Source: an uncultured Roseburia sp.
GTDB lineage: Bacteria; Bacillota; Clostridia; Lachnospirales; Lachnospiraceae
NCBI GenBank assembly: GCA_947070915.1
Contig: CAMTDY010000001.1
Coordinates: 1,407 to 65,406, forward strand
Reading direction: 5' to 3'
DNA length: 64,000 bases
Shown here: positions 18,382 to 27,584 of the stretch, piece after piece
How the letters are laid out: each line of letters starts with the position of its first letter
How positions within the stretch are numbered: position 1 is the first letter of the stretch
The notes under the pieces: generated by a model
Seen by the model: only the letters and a program-made list of their open reading frames with translations
The model's database searches: none
What the model was told of the DNA's origin: nothing
Made by a program: the position numbers and the translations under genes

Positions 18382-20625
18382 ATGAGACAGATCTATGAAT
18401 TAAATACAAAATGGGCATTTTCCAAAGAAGCCCAGGCAGTGCCAGAGAAAAAGCCGAAAAACTGGTATGTGGTCAATCTTCCCCATACCTGGAATGCCAT
18501 CGACGGACAGGACGGGGGAGCGGATTATTACCGGGGCATCTGCTATTATGCCAAACAGGTAAAAAAAAGTGAGCTGCCAGAAGCGGACCAGTATTTTCTT
18601 GAAATTAAGGGAGCCAATTCATCGGCAGATGTGTATGTAAATGGAAAGAAACTGGCGCATCATGACGGAGGGTATTCTACCTGGAGAGTGAATATGACGG
18701 ATGTGCTGCAGGATAAAAATCTAATTGTGGTGGCGGTGGATAACGGCGAGAATGATTCTGTCTATCCTCAGAATGCCGATTTTACTTTTTATGGAGGGCT
18801 TTACCGGGGAGTGAACATTATTGCTGTCAGCCATTCCCATTTTGACCTGGAGTATTATGGAACTCCGGGAATCCAGGTGACGCCGGAGATCTGCGGCCGG
18901 GATGCCAGAGTGAAGACGGAGGTTTATGTGACTGGTGCTAAAGCGGGGCAGAAGCTTTGTTACCGGATACGGAATGCAGGGGGAGAGCTGCTTGCCCAGT
19001 GCGAAAAAAATGTCAGTGAGAAAGAGGCAGAACTGGATATTCCCAACGTGCATCTCTGGCAGGGCAGAAAGGATCCCTATCTGTATACTGCAGAAGTAGA
19101 ACTGATAGAGGGGGAAACTGTGCTGGATCAGGTAAGTACCCGGTTTGGGTGCCGGAGTTTTGAGATCGATCCCGAAAAGGGCTTTATTTTGAATGGAGAG
19201 AGCTATCCACTGCGGGGCGTGTCGAGACATCAGGACCGCTGGGGCATTGGAAATGCCCTGCTTCCAGAACATCATAGAGAGGATATGGAACTGATCTGTG
19301 AAGTGGGAGCCAATACGATCCGCCTGGCCCACTACCAGCATGATTCCTATTTTTATGATCTCTGTGATGAAAAAGGAATGGTGGTCTGGGCGGAGATACC
19401 ATACATTTCCCACCACATGGAGGGGGGAAGGGAGAACACCATTTCCCAGATGAAGGAGCTGATCATACAGAATTATAACCATCCCAGTATCGTCGTATGG
19501 GGATTGTCCAATGAGATCACGATGTCGGGTAAATCTACAGAGGATCTGCTGGAGAATCACCGCCTGCTGAACGATCTCGCCCACAAACTGGATCCAACGA
19601 GAAAGACGACTATCGCGGCGGTGACGATGTGTGATATCCATGATCCTTACATTCAGATATCCGATGTGGTATCCTATAACCACTATTTTGGTTGGTATGG
19701 CGGGAATACCTCCATGAACGGACCATGGTTTGACGAGTTTCACAGGGAGTTCCCGGAGATTCCCATCGGCTGCAGTGAATATGGCTGTGAGGGGCTGGAC
19801 TGGCACAGTTCCCATCCAGAACAGGGGGACTACACCGAGGAATATCAGGCGTATTATCATGAGGAACTGATCAAACAGTTATTTACCAGACCCTATCTGT
19901 GGGCGACACACGTGTGGAATATGTTTGACTTTGGTGCGGATGCGAGAAATGAGGGTGGGGAAAACGGTCAGAACCATAAAGGACTGGTGACTTTTGACCG
20001 AAAATACAAAAAAGATGCTTTTTATGCCTACAAGGCATGGCTGTCCCAGGATCCCTTCGTGCATATCTGCGGGAAACGCTATGTGGACAGGGTGGAAGAT
20101 ACCACGAAGATTACGGTGTATTCCAATCAGCCGGAGGTGGAACTGCTGGTAAATGGAGAGAGTCTTGGCAGGCAGAAGAGTTCAGAACATTTTTTCTATT
20201 TTGAGGTGCCCAACAAAGGAGAATCCATGTTAAAGGCAGTCGCAGGGCAGTGTCAGGATGAGAGCCGGATCCGGAAGGTGGATGAGATGAATCCTGCTTA
20301 CCGATTGGTGGAGAAGGGTGCTGTGCTAAACTGGTTTGATATCACGGAACGCGAGGGGTATTACTGCCTCAATGACAAGATCGAGGATGTGATTCATTCT
20401 GACGAGGGAATGAAATTCTTCCATAGAATATTGGAGGATGTGGGGATGTTCCGTGAGGCATCCTTTGCGGAGCCGGAAAATATGGAAAAATTGATTCGCA
20501 TGATGGGTGGATTTACGGTGATTCGGATGCTGAATACATTGGGTTCCGTGGGTGATTCGATGACAAAAGAGCAGTTGCTTTCCCTGAACGAGCAGCTCAA
20601 CCAGATTCCAAGAAAGAACAGCTGA
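18382..20625 (+). CDS. Glycoside hydrolase family 2 (beta-galactosidase/beta-glucuronidase class)
   Basis: GH2 sugar-binding, Ig and TIM domains. The acid/base site is WGLSNE, the nucleophile site is CSEYG, with NHYFGWY and WNMFDF...GQNHKGLVTFDRK. ATG at 18382 follows GGAGG. Confidence 0.85.
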   Translation: MRQIYELNTKWAFSKEAQAVPEKKPKNWYVVNLPHTWNAIDGQDGGADYYRGICYYAKQVKKSELPEADQYFLEIKGANSSADVYVNGKKLAHHDGGYSTWRVNMTDVLQDKNLIVVAVDNGENDSVYPQNADFTFYGGLYRGVNIIAVSHSHFDLEYYGTPGIQVTPEICGRDARVKTEVYVTGAKAGQKLCYRIRNAGGELLAQCEKNVSEKEAELDIPNVHLWQGRKDPYLYTAEVELIEGETVLDQVSTRFGCRSFEIDPEKGFILNGESYPLRGVSRHQDRWGIGNALLPEHHREDMELICEVGANTIRLAHYQHDSYFYDLCDEKGMVVWAEIPYISHHMEGGRENTISQMKELIIQNYNHPSIVVWGLSNEITMSGKSTEDLLENHRLLNDLAHKLDPTRKTTIAAVTMCDIHDPYIQISDVVSYNHYFGWYGGNTSMNGPWFDEFHREFPEIPIGCSEYGCEGLDWHSSHPEQGDYTEEYQAYYHEELIKQLFTRPYLWATHVWNMFDFGADARNEGGENGQNHKGLVTFDRKYKKDAFYAYKAWLSQDPFVHICGKRYVDRVEDTTKITVYSNQPEVELLVNGESLGRQKSSEHFFYFEVPNKGESMLKAVAGQCQDESRIRKVDEMNPAYRLVEKGAVLNWFDITEREGYYCLNDKIEDVIHSDEGMKFFHRILEDVGMFREASFAEPENMEKLIRMMGGFTVIRMLNTLGSVGDSMTKEQLLSLNEQLNQIPRKNS

Positions 20626-20688
20626 TTCGACAGAGTTAATGAAATGGAGACTGACATGTCAGGCCAGTGTAAAATGAGATGGAGGTAG

Positions 20689-21783
20689 ATGGAAGATATG
20701 GAAATGACATTGAGATGGTATGGATCCGATTTTGATACGGTTACATTAAAACAGATACGACAGATCCCTGGCGTCACAGGGGTGATCACTACATTATATG
20801 ATACGGCTCCCGGAGAGGTATGGAGCAGGGAACGAATTCAGGCATTGAAAAACGAGGTGGAAGAGGCGGGACTTCATATCGCCGGTATCGAGAGTGTGAA
20901 CATTCACGATGCCATCAAGACAGGAGCACCCGACAGGGACAAGTATATTGATAATTACATTGAGACGTTAGAAAATCTTGGGAAAGAAGATCTTCACCTG
21001 GTCTGTTATAATTTTATGCCAGTGTTTGACTGGACGAGAACAGAACTTGCCAGGGTGAGACCGGATGGCTCCACCGTACTTGCTTATACCCAGGAGGCAG
21101 TGGATGCCCTGGATCCAGAGAAAATGTTTGAGTCCATCGCCGGGGACATGAACGGTACGGTGATGCCGGGATGGGAGCCGGAGCGGATGGCAAAGGTAAA
21201 AGAATTGTTTGAGATGTACCAGAATATTGATGATGATACATTGTTTGCAAATCTCAAGTATTTTCTGGAGAGGATCATGCCGGTCTGCGATCAGTATGAT
21301 ATCAATATGGCGATCCATCCGGATGATCCGGCGTGGAGTGTTTTTGGGCTGCCCCGTATCATTATAAATAAAGAAAATATACTCAGAATGATCAAGATGG
21401 TGGACAATCCTCATAACGGCGTAACCTTTTGTTCCGGTTCCTACGGAACTAATCTGGATAATGACCTGCCGGATATGATTCGCTCCCTCAAAGGAAGGGT
21501 TCATTTTGCCCATGTGCGCAACCTTAAATTTATCACTCCGACAAATTTTGAAGAGGCAGCACATCTTTCTTCCGACGGTACCTTTGATATGTATGAGATC
21601 ATGAAGGCATTGTACGATATTGATTTCCAGGGACCGATCCGTCCGGATCACGGAAGGATGATCTGGGATGAGGTGGCGATGCCCGGGTATGGGCTGTACG
21701 ACCGGGCCCTTGGTGCCGCCTATCTGAATGGGCTATGGGAAGCGATCGAGAAAAGCCAGCAGCCTTGCAGAAGTATGCCATAA
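20689..21783 (+). CDS. uxuA: Mannonate dehydratase
   Basis: The N-terminus MTLRWYG..D.VTL.QIRQIPGVTGV and an overall length of about 360 aa are typical of UxuA. Confidence 0.85.
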   Translation: MEDMEMTLRWYGSDFDTVTLKQIRQIPGVTGVITTLYDTAPGEVWSRERIQALKNEVEEAGLHIAGIESVNIHDAIKTGAPDRDKYIDNYIETLENLGKEDLHLVCYNFMPVFDWTRTELARVRPDGSTVLAYTQEAVDALDPEKMFESIAGDMNGTVMPGWEPERMAKVKELFEMYQNIDDDTLFANLKYFLERIMPVCDQYDINMAIHPDDPAWSVFGLPRIIINKENILRMIKMVDNPHNGVTFCSGSYGTNLDNDLPDMIRSLKGRVHFAHVRNLKFITPTNFEEAAHLSSDGTFDMYEIMKALYDIDFQGPIRPDHGRMIWDEVAMPGYGLYDRALGAAYLNGLWEAIEKSQQPCRSMP

Positions 21784-21839
21784 CCGGAATACAATCTGTA
21801 GTTTCTAACGGTGAGATAAGTTGCGACGTAATCTACGAT

Positions 21840-21881
21840 ATAAGCATCCTGTACTTTGGATGGTAGAGGATGCTTATTTTT
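21840..21881 (+). terminator. Rho-independent terminator after uxuA
   Basis: An 11-bp stem ATAAGCATCCT/AGGATGCTTAT followed by TTTTT. Confidence 0.8.
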
Positions 21882-22334
21882 GGGATCAAAGGAAAATAAA
21901 CCACCGGCTATGCCGGTGTGACCCGCAATAGCTTTAGCTACAAGAAAAACCTCCTATGTTGTATAATAGTGATGGTTCGCCAACCACACAAAAAACAACA
22001 TAGGAGGTATCCAGAATGGACATGAATAGTTTAACACACAGTGTGTCCTGAATGCTAGAGGATACTTAAAAAATTTTAGTAACCGAAAAGCAATGCTTTT
22101 CGTGAGATGGAAGTAGGTCTTCCGCAACCGGTGTTCAGGTGCAGGTTGCAAAACACTCATAGGTGCTATAGTCAAAAGCTATGGTATTGAGCGTATGAGA
22201 AAAGGCAGAGAAAGAGCTGTCAGTTGTGTGCCATTAAGCTGAACGAAAGTGAAGAGCTGATGAAGCATCGTTAATGCTAACAGGTACAGTCAAAACCGGG
22301 AAATTGTGTAGTTGCCGGGATGAGTCCATAGGAA

Positions 22335-22445
22335 ACCTGTTTACTGTATGGACGGTTGTCGGGAATGCAGGCACACCGCAGGGCGGAGTTATCAGTCCTG
22401 TGCTGGCAAATCTTTTTATGCATTACGCATTCGACAGCAGATGGT
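22335..22445 (+). mobile_element. Fragment of a group II intron reverse transcriptase (RT domain 4 only)
   Basis: The translation ...GTPQGGVISPVLANLFMHYAFD matches the group II intron IEP signature GTPQGG.iSPlLaN. There is no YADD block or maturase region, and the ORF breaks down on both sides. Confidence 0.5.
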
Positions 22446-22664
22446 TTTTCTTTTCATCCATAGCTCCATCTGGGAAAAACTAAACAATCCGGTTGACAAA
22501 ACCATACCTGTATGTTATAGTGATAAAAAGCATTACCATTCTTTAATTATCTGAAAATTTCTTCATTCTCAAAGAACGTCAATGCTTGATTCCAGAAAAT
22601 CAGAAAAAAGCAGGGAGGTTGTTTGAAAATGAGAGGAAGCAGCCCTCTGCGGGATGGAGGGTAA

Positions 22665-22985
22665 ATGAAAAAAAGAGAAGAAATACTGGCAGATCCGATT
22701 CCGGGAACGCCAGCACAAAGAAACTACAAAGACACTGTATTCCGGATGCTGTACCGGGACAAGTCAGAACTTCTGGAACTTCTATGAAAAGATGATCCAG
22801 AAAGAAAAAAGAGATCTGTATTCAGGAAAGAGAATTCAGATTCCGGCGCCATGTTTTGTAGTATTTTACAATGGAACGGAGGAACAGCCGGAGAGGAAGA
22901 TCCTGCGTCTGTCGGAATCCTTTTACCGGCAGACGGAAGAAGCCGGTCTGGAGTTGACAGTACTCCAGCTGAACATCAATCCAGG
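22665..22985 (+). pseudogene. Decayed second copy of the Rpn-family nuclease gene
   Basis: Nucleotide homology to 10573..11273 starts at 22476, covering the promoter and leader. An internal ~190-bp deletion at ~22784 creates a TGA at 22785. Homology ends at ~22985, so the 3' ~370 bp are missing. Confidence 0.8.
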
Positions 22986-23314
22986 GCAAATAAGTCATGA
23001 CGGACTTAAAATAAGTTCTAACGAACTTATTCGCAAGTTATAACAAAACTCGTTCTGTGCAAAAACACTGCACAGAAATTAGGGAATAACGAACTGAACA
23101 ACTTTTCGGGAAATATTGTTCTCGTGTGCCATTAAAGATGCCAGTGTAGTATCCGGTCTGCCGCCAGTTACTGCACTGGCTTTTTACGTTATTTTTAAAA
23201 ATCATAAATTTTCTTCCCCTCGCATGATTTACATAAAATTGTCACATCTGGACATAATGGTACTGACAATAATATGCACTTTGAAACAGTAAATGGGTGC
23301 GATTGGAGGAAAAA

Positions 23315-24706
23315 ATGAAAGAGAATAGCTCTGCAAAACCCTTTGGTTTTCGCGATAAACTGGGATATATGTTTGGTGATTTCGGTAACGATTTTACATT
23401 TATCCTGTCAAGTACGTTATTAATGAAATTTTATTCGGATGTCATGGGAGTGTCTGTGGGCCTGGTGGGTATCATGATGATGGTGGCACGTTTTGTAGAC
23501 GCCTTCACTGATGTGGCGATGGGGCAGATCGTGGACCGGAGCAAACCGAGAGTTTACGGAAAATTTAAACCATGGATCCTGCGGATGTGCGGTCCGGTGG
23601 CGGTCTCGTCTTTTCTTATGTATGCTTCCTGGTTTCAGAACATGCCTATGACTTTTAAAATCTTCTGGATGTTTTTTACCTATCTTCTCTGGGGCAGTGT
23701 GTTTTATACCAGCATCAATATCCCTTATGGTTCCATGGCGTCGGCGGTATCAGCAGAGCCGAAAGACCGGGCGCAGCTCTCGAACTGGAGAACCATCGGA
23801 GCCAGCCTGGCAGGTACGATCATCGGTGTATTGATTCCAGTGCTGGTTTATTATGAGGATGCCGCAGGCAACAAGATCCTATCTGGTCAGAGGGTTATGA
23901 TCGTTGCCCTGGTGTGTTCTATCGGGGCTGTGATCTGCTATTTCCTCTGTCACTGGCTGATCACGGAGCGTGTCAAGGTAGAGCAGAAGAGTGAAAAATT
24001 TAATTTTGGAAAATTGATCTCCGGACTTGTACACAACAAAGCTTTGATCGGAATCGTAGTTGCCACGGTATTTATGCTTTTGGTACAGTTGACTTCCCAA
24101 ACTATGACGACCTATGTATATCCAAACTATTTTAGAAATACGGTAGCACAGTCGGCAGCAGGGTTGGTAGGAGTTGTGGTCACGCTGATCTGTGCGGCAT
24201 TTACAGTTAAACTCTCAGAGAAATATGGAAGAAAAGAGCTGGCGATCTTTTCTTCCCTTCTGGGGGCGGTGGTATTTTTCTTTGCTTATTTCATTCAGAC
24301 TACCAATGCCTGGGTGTTTGTGGGATTATATGCGCTGTCCTTTATTGGCCTCGCGGTATTCAGCCTGATCTGCTGGGCGATGATTACCGATGTGATCGAC
24401 GACACCGAGGTACAGAGCGGGGAGCGCTCGGATGGAACGATCTATGCCGTGTATTCCTTTGCCAGGAAACTGGGGCAGGCGGCATCTTCCGGTATCTCCG
24501 GACTTTTTCTCACGATGATCGGCTATACTGCGCAGACACAGTTTGAACCTTCTGTCACTAAGGGGATCTACAATGTGTCCTGTCTGGTGCCGGCTGTGGG
24601 ATATATTCTGCTGGCGCTGGTACTGTGGTTTCTGTATCCTTTAGGCAGGCGCCGGGTTCAGTCTAATGCTGAGATCCTGGCAGAAAAGAGAGAAAACAAT
24701 GGATAA
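23315..24706 (+). CDS. MFS transporter, glycoside-pentoside-hexuronide (GPH):cation symporter family
   Basis: 12-TM profile. The N-terminus FGFRDKLGYMFGDFGNDF and the motif D.S..R.GKFKPW are typical of MelB/GusB-type GPH carriers. ATG at 23315 follows GGAGGA. Confidence 0.8.
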   Translation: MKENSSAKPFGFRDKLGYMFGDFGNDFTFILSSTLLMKFYSDVMGVSVGLVGIMMMVARFVDAFTDVAMGQIVDRSKPRVYGKFKPWILRMCGPVAVSSFLMYASWFQNMPMTFKIFWMFFTYLLWGSVFYTSINIPYGSMASAVSAEPKDRAQLSNWRTIGASLAGTIIGVLIPVLVYYEDAAGNKILSGQRVMIVALVCSIGAVICYFLCHWLITERVKVEQKSEKFNFGKLISGLVHNKALIGIVVATVFMLLVQLTSQTMTTYVYPNYFRNTVAQSAAGLVGVVVTLICAAFTVKLSEKYGRKELAIFSSLLGAVVFFFAYFIQTTNAWVFVGLYALSFIGLAVFSLICWAMITDVIDDTEVQSGERSDGTIYAVYSFARKLGQAASSGISGLFLTMIGYTAQTQFEPSVTKGIYNVSCLVPAVGYILLALVLWFLYPLGRRRVQSNAEILAEKRENNG

Positions 24707-25541
24707 GACATGGGAGCAGTTTCATAGAAAAAAAGAATATCTGGTCTGTGTGGATTCCGACGGCTGTGCCATGAACTCCATGGATGTAAAGCATATCCGG
24801 TGTTTTGGTCCCTGTATGGTGGAAGAATGGGGGTTAGACAGATGGAAGGAGCCAATCCTGGAGCGCTGGAACGAGATCAATCTGTATACGATATCCAGAG
24901 GGATCAACCGCTTTAAAGGTCTGGCAAAGGCGCTGCGGGAGATTGATGCTCAGTATAAAAAGATTGAGGGCATAGGAGATCTGGAACAATGGGTGGAACA
25001 GACGAAAGAATTGTCCAACACTGCGCTGTCCAGAGTGACACAGGAGAAAGACAGTATCTGCCTGAAAAAAGCCCTGTCCTGGTCGGAAGAGGTAAATGAA
25101 CGGATCCACGATCTGCCGCCGGAGCTGGGAAGCCCTTTTAAGGGGGTGAAGGAAGCCCTCTGTTGTGCCAGGGATCTAGCGGATGTGGCGGTGGTTTCCT
25201 CCGCCAACCCCCAGGCGCTGGAAGAAGAATGGAACCGGTATGGCCTGATGGAATACGTGGATGTGCTTTTGGCGCAGGATATGGGAAGCAAGGCTCACTG
25301 TATCAAAGAATTACTAAAAAAGGGATATGAGAGCAGCCACGCACTGATGATCGGAGATGCCCTGGGAGACTATGAGGCGGCGGAGAAGAACAAAATATTT
25401 TTTTATCCGATCCTCGTGAAAAAAGAGGAAGATTCCTGGGAAGAATGCCGGAAGACTGCTCTGCTCCGGCTGAGGCAGGGAAGTTATGGCGGAAATTACC
25501 AGGTGCTGATGCTGAAGAAATTTAGGGAGAACCTGGAATAG
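24699..25541 (+). CDS. HAD-like hydrolase
   Basis: The motif I variant VCVDSDGCAM and the later IGDALGDYEAA (motif IV) are present. The start overlaps the transporter stop by 8 nt. Confidence 0.6.
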   Translation: MDKTWEQFHRKKEYLVCVDSDGCAMNSMDVKHIRCFGPCMVEEWGLDRWKEPILERWNEINLYTISRGINRFKGLAKALREIDAQYKKIEGIGDLEQWVEQTKELSNTALSRVTQEKDSICLKKALSWSEEVNERIHDLPPELGSPFKGVKEALCCARDLADVAVVSSANPQALEEEWNRYGLMEYVDVLLAQDMGSKAHCIKELLKKGYESSHALMIGDALGDYEAAEKNKIFFYPILVKKEEDSWEECRKTALLRLRQGSYGGNYQVLMLKKFRENLE

Positions 25542-25556
25542 AGAGGAGAGACTACA

Positions 25557-27326
25557 ATGGTAGATTTAAAAGCGAAGCCCTATCATTTATCGGAGGAGGA
25601 CTGCCGATGGGTGGAGGAGGCCATCGCCGGCATGAGCGATGAGGAAAAGGTGGGGCAGTTGTTTTTTCAGCTGACCTCTTCCCATGAAGAGGACTATCTT
25701 AGAGAGCTGATGGAAAAATATCATCTAGGAGGATGCCGGTACAACCCGGCGCCGGGGGCTGCCATCCAGGAACAGAACCGGATCCTGCAGAAATACGCAA
25801 AGATTCCAGTCTTTATCGCCTGCAATACGGAACAGGGCGGGGACGGAGCCTGTGCAGACGGAACTTATATCGGATTTGGAGTCAAAATTGGCGCCACTGG
25901 GGATGAACAGTATGCTCACGACCTGGGAAAACTTTCCAACGAAGAAGCTTCTGCCATCGGATGCAATATGGCGTTTTCCCCGGTCTGTGATATCGCCTAC
26001 AACTGGGAGAATACGGAGATCATCAACCGGGCCTTTGGAAACGATCCGGAGCGGGTGGCGAAGATGAGCACCGCCTATCTCAAAGGGGCTCATGAGAACC
26101 CTTCCTTTGCCTGTGCGGCAAAGCATTTTCCGGGAAACGGGCTGGATTTCCGGGATGCCCACGTATCCAATAATGTCAACGGACTGGATCTGGAAGAATG
26201 GGAGAAAACTTATGGGATGGTGTACCGTACTCTGATCGACAATGGGCTGGACGCTATCATGGGCGGCCACATTCTTATGCCTAAGGTGGCCAAAGAGCTG
26301 AATCCCCGGCTTACAGAGGAAGAAATGATGCCGGCGACCCTGAGCCCGGAGATTATGACAGGACTTCTCCGGGACCGGCTCGGCTTCAATGGTATGGTGG
26401 TAACGGATGCATCGCACATGGTCGCCATGACAAACCGGATGAAACGTAGGGAGATGTTGCCAGCCGCCATCAACGCCGGGTGTGATATGTTTCTTTTCTT
26501 CAATGATCCGGAAGAGGATTTTGCCACTATGCTGCAGGCATATAGAGAGGGTGTGATCCCGGAGGAGCGGATGACGGAGGCGTTGACCAGGATCCTGGGA
26601 TTGAAGGCACATCTGGGACTCCACCGCAAAAAGAAAGAAGAACTGGTTCCTCAGCCCTCTGTACTGTCAGAGATACTGGGCAGAGAGCAGACAAAGGAGA
26701 TTCAGAAGCAGATCAGCCAGAAGGCGATCACCCTCGTAAAATATAAAGACAAGGATGTACTGCCGGTCACAAAGGAACGCTATCCAAGAATTATGATCGT
26801 CCATGTAAAAGGCAGCGGCGGCGCCATGGGCGAGCTGATGAAACTGATGGGGATGGGTAGCAAAAAAAATCCGGCGGAAGTTTTACAGCAAAAATTACAG
26901 GAAAAAGGATTTGAGGCATTTATTTACGAGAGTCCCCTGGAGGAGATGCGAAAGCAGATCGCTGCGGGTGAAAAACCGGATGTGAACATTTATTTTGCTG
27001 GAAAGAATGCCATTGCAGATTTTACAAAAGATATGGATCTTGTCATTACCCTGTGCGATGTGTCTAACGGCAGACCAAGTTTTGGAATGTCCAAGGGCGG
27101 CGGGGAGATTCCCTGGTACGTATTTGAGCTTCCAGTGGTAGTAGTTGGCTGCGGCCAGCCAACGATGCTGGCGGATATCCCTCAGGCGCGGACTTATATC
27201 AATACCTACGATAACAAAGAAAATACGCTGGAGATACTGGTGGAAAAGCTGATGACAGGAGAAAAGGCATTTACCGGAAAGGATCCTGTGGACAGTTTTT
27301 GCGGGCTGTTTGATGCGAAGATCTGA
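25557..27326 (+). CDS. Glycoside hydrolase family 3 protein
   Basis: Shows EEKVGQLFF, the KHFPGNG motif and GFNGMVVTDA (catalytic Asp region), plus a C-terminal alpha/beta domain. Confidence 0.8.
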   Translation: MVDLKAKPYHLSEEDCRWVEEAIAGMSDEEKVGQLFFQLTSSHEEDYLRELMEKYHLGGCRYNPAPGAAIQEQNRILQKYAKIPVFIACNTEQGGDGACADGTYIGFGVKIGATGDEQYAHDLGKLSNEEASAIGCNMAFSPVCDIAYNWENTEIINRAFGNDPERVAKMSTAYLKGAHENPSFACAAKHFPGNGLDFRDAHVSNNVNGLDLEEWEKTYGMVYRTLIDNGLDAIMGGHILMPKVAKELNPRLTEEEMMPATLSPEIMTGLLRDRLGFNGMVVTDASHMVAMTNRMKRREMLPAAINAGCDMFLFFNDPEEDFATMLQAYREGVIPEERMTEALTRILGLKAHLGLHRKKKEELVPQPSVLSEILGREQTKEIQKQISQKAITLVKYKDKDVLPVTKERYPRIMIVHVKGSGGAMGELMKLMGMGSKKNPAEVLQQKLQEKGFEAFIYESPLEEMRKQIAAGEKPDVNIYFAGKNAIADFTKDMDLVITLCDVSNGRPSFGMSKGGGEIPWYVFELPVVVVGCGQPTMLADIPQARTYINTYDNKENTLEILVEKLMTGEKAFTGKDPVDSFCGLFDAKI

Positions 27327-27343
27327 GATAATTTTCATAGGAA

Positions 27344-27493
27344 AAAAGAAAGCACCGCTCCAGTAAAGGAAAATGGGAAATTCTTTATTTTCATTAGGGA
27401 AACCACAAAAAGCAGCATACTAAACAACGAAAAGAACAGTGACAGAATTAAGTCAAACGACATAATCTGCATAAAGGAAGGTGCTTTCTTTTT
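27344..27493. repeat. Dispersed element copy E2: AAAAGAAAGCACC ... GGTGCTTTCTTTTT
   Basis: It has the same terminal inverted repeat and the same conserved 3' block AATCT[A/G]CATAAAGGAAGGTGCTTTCT as 11692..11760. The interior is 123 nt and AT-rich, and a U-tract follows. Confidence 0.6.
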
Positions 27494-27584
27494 ATCTTGA
27501 CAGGAAACAGTATAAATGATATGGTTTTATTTATTAATATCTATTACCTCAGATGTAATGAAAAGCGAAAGGAGTTGACGAAAT

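Noticed and set aside
18721-19860. 379-aa minus-strand ORF inside the GH2 gene
   Set aside because: It has no family motifs and lies antisense to a strongly supported GH2 coding region. The 344-aa ORF at 45851-46885 opposite nrdD and the long antisense ORFs opposite both PFOR genes are rejected for the same reason.
22274-22483. Intact reverse transcriptase, retron or DGR component
   Set aside because: Only about 35 codons resemble an RT, and they match the group II intron type. There is no YADD catalytic block, no thumb or maturase region, and no template/variable repeat pair. I call it a fragment only.
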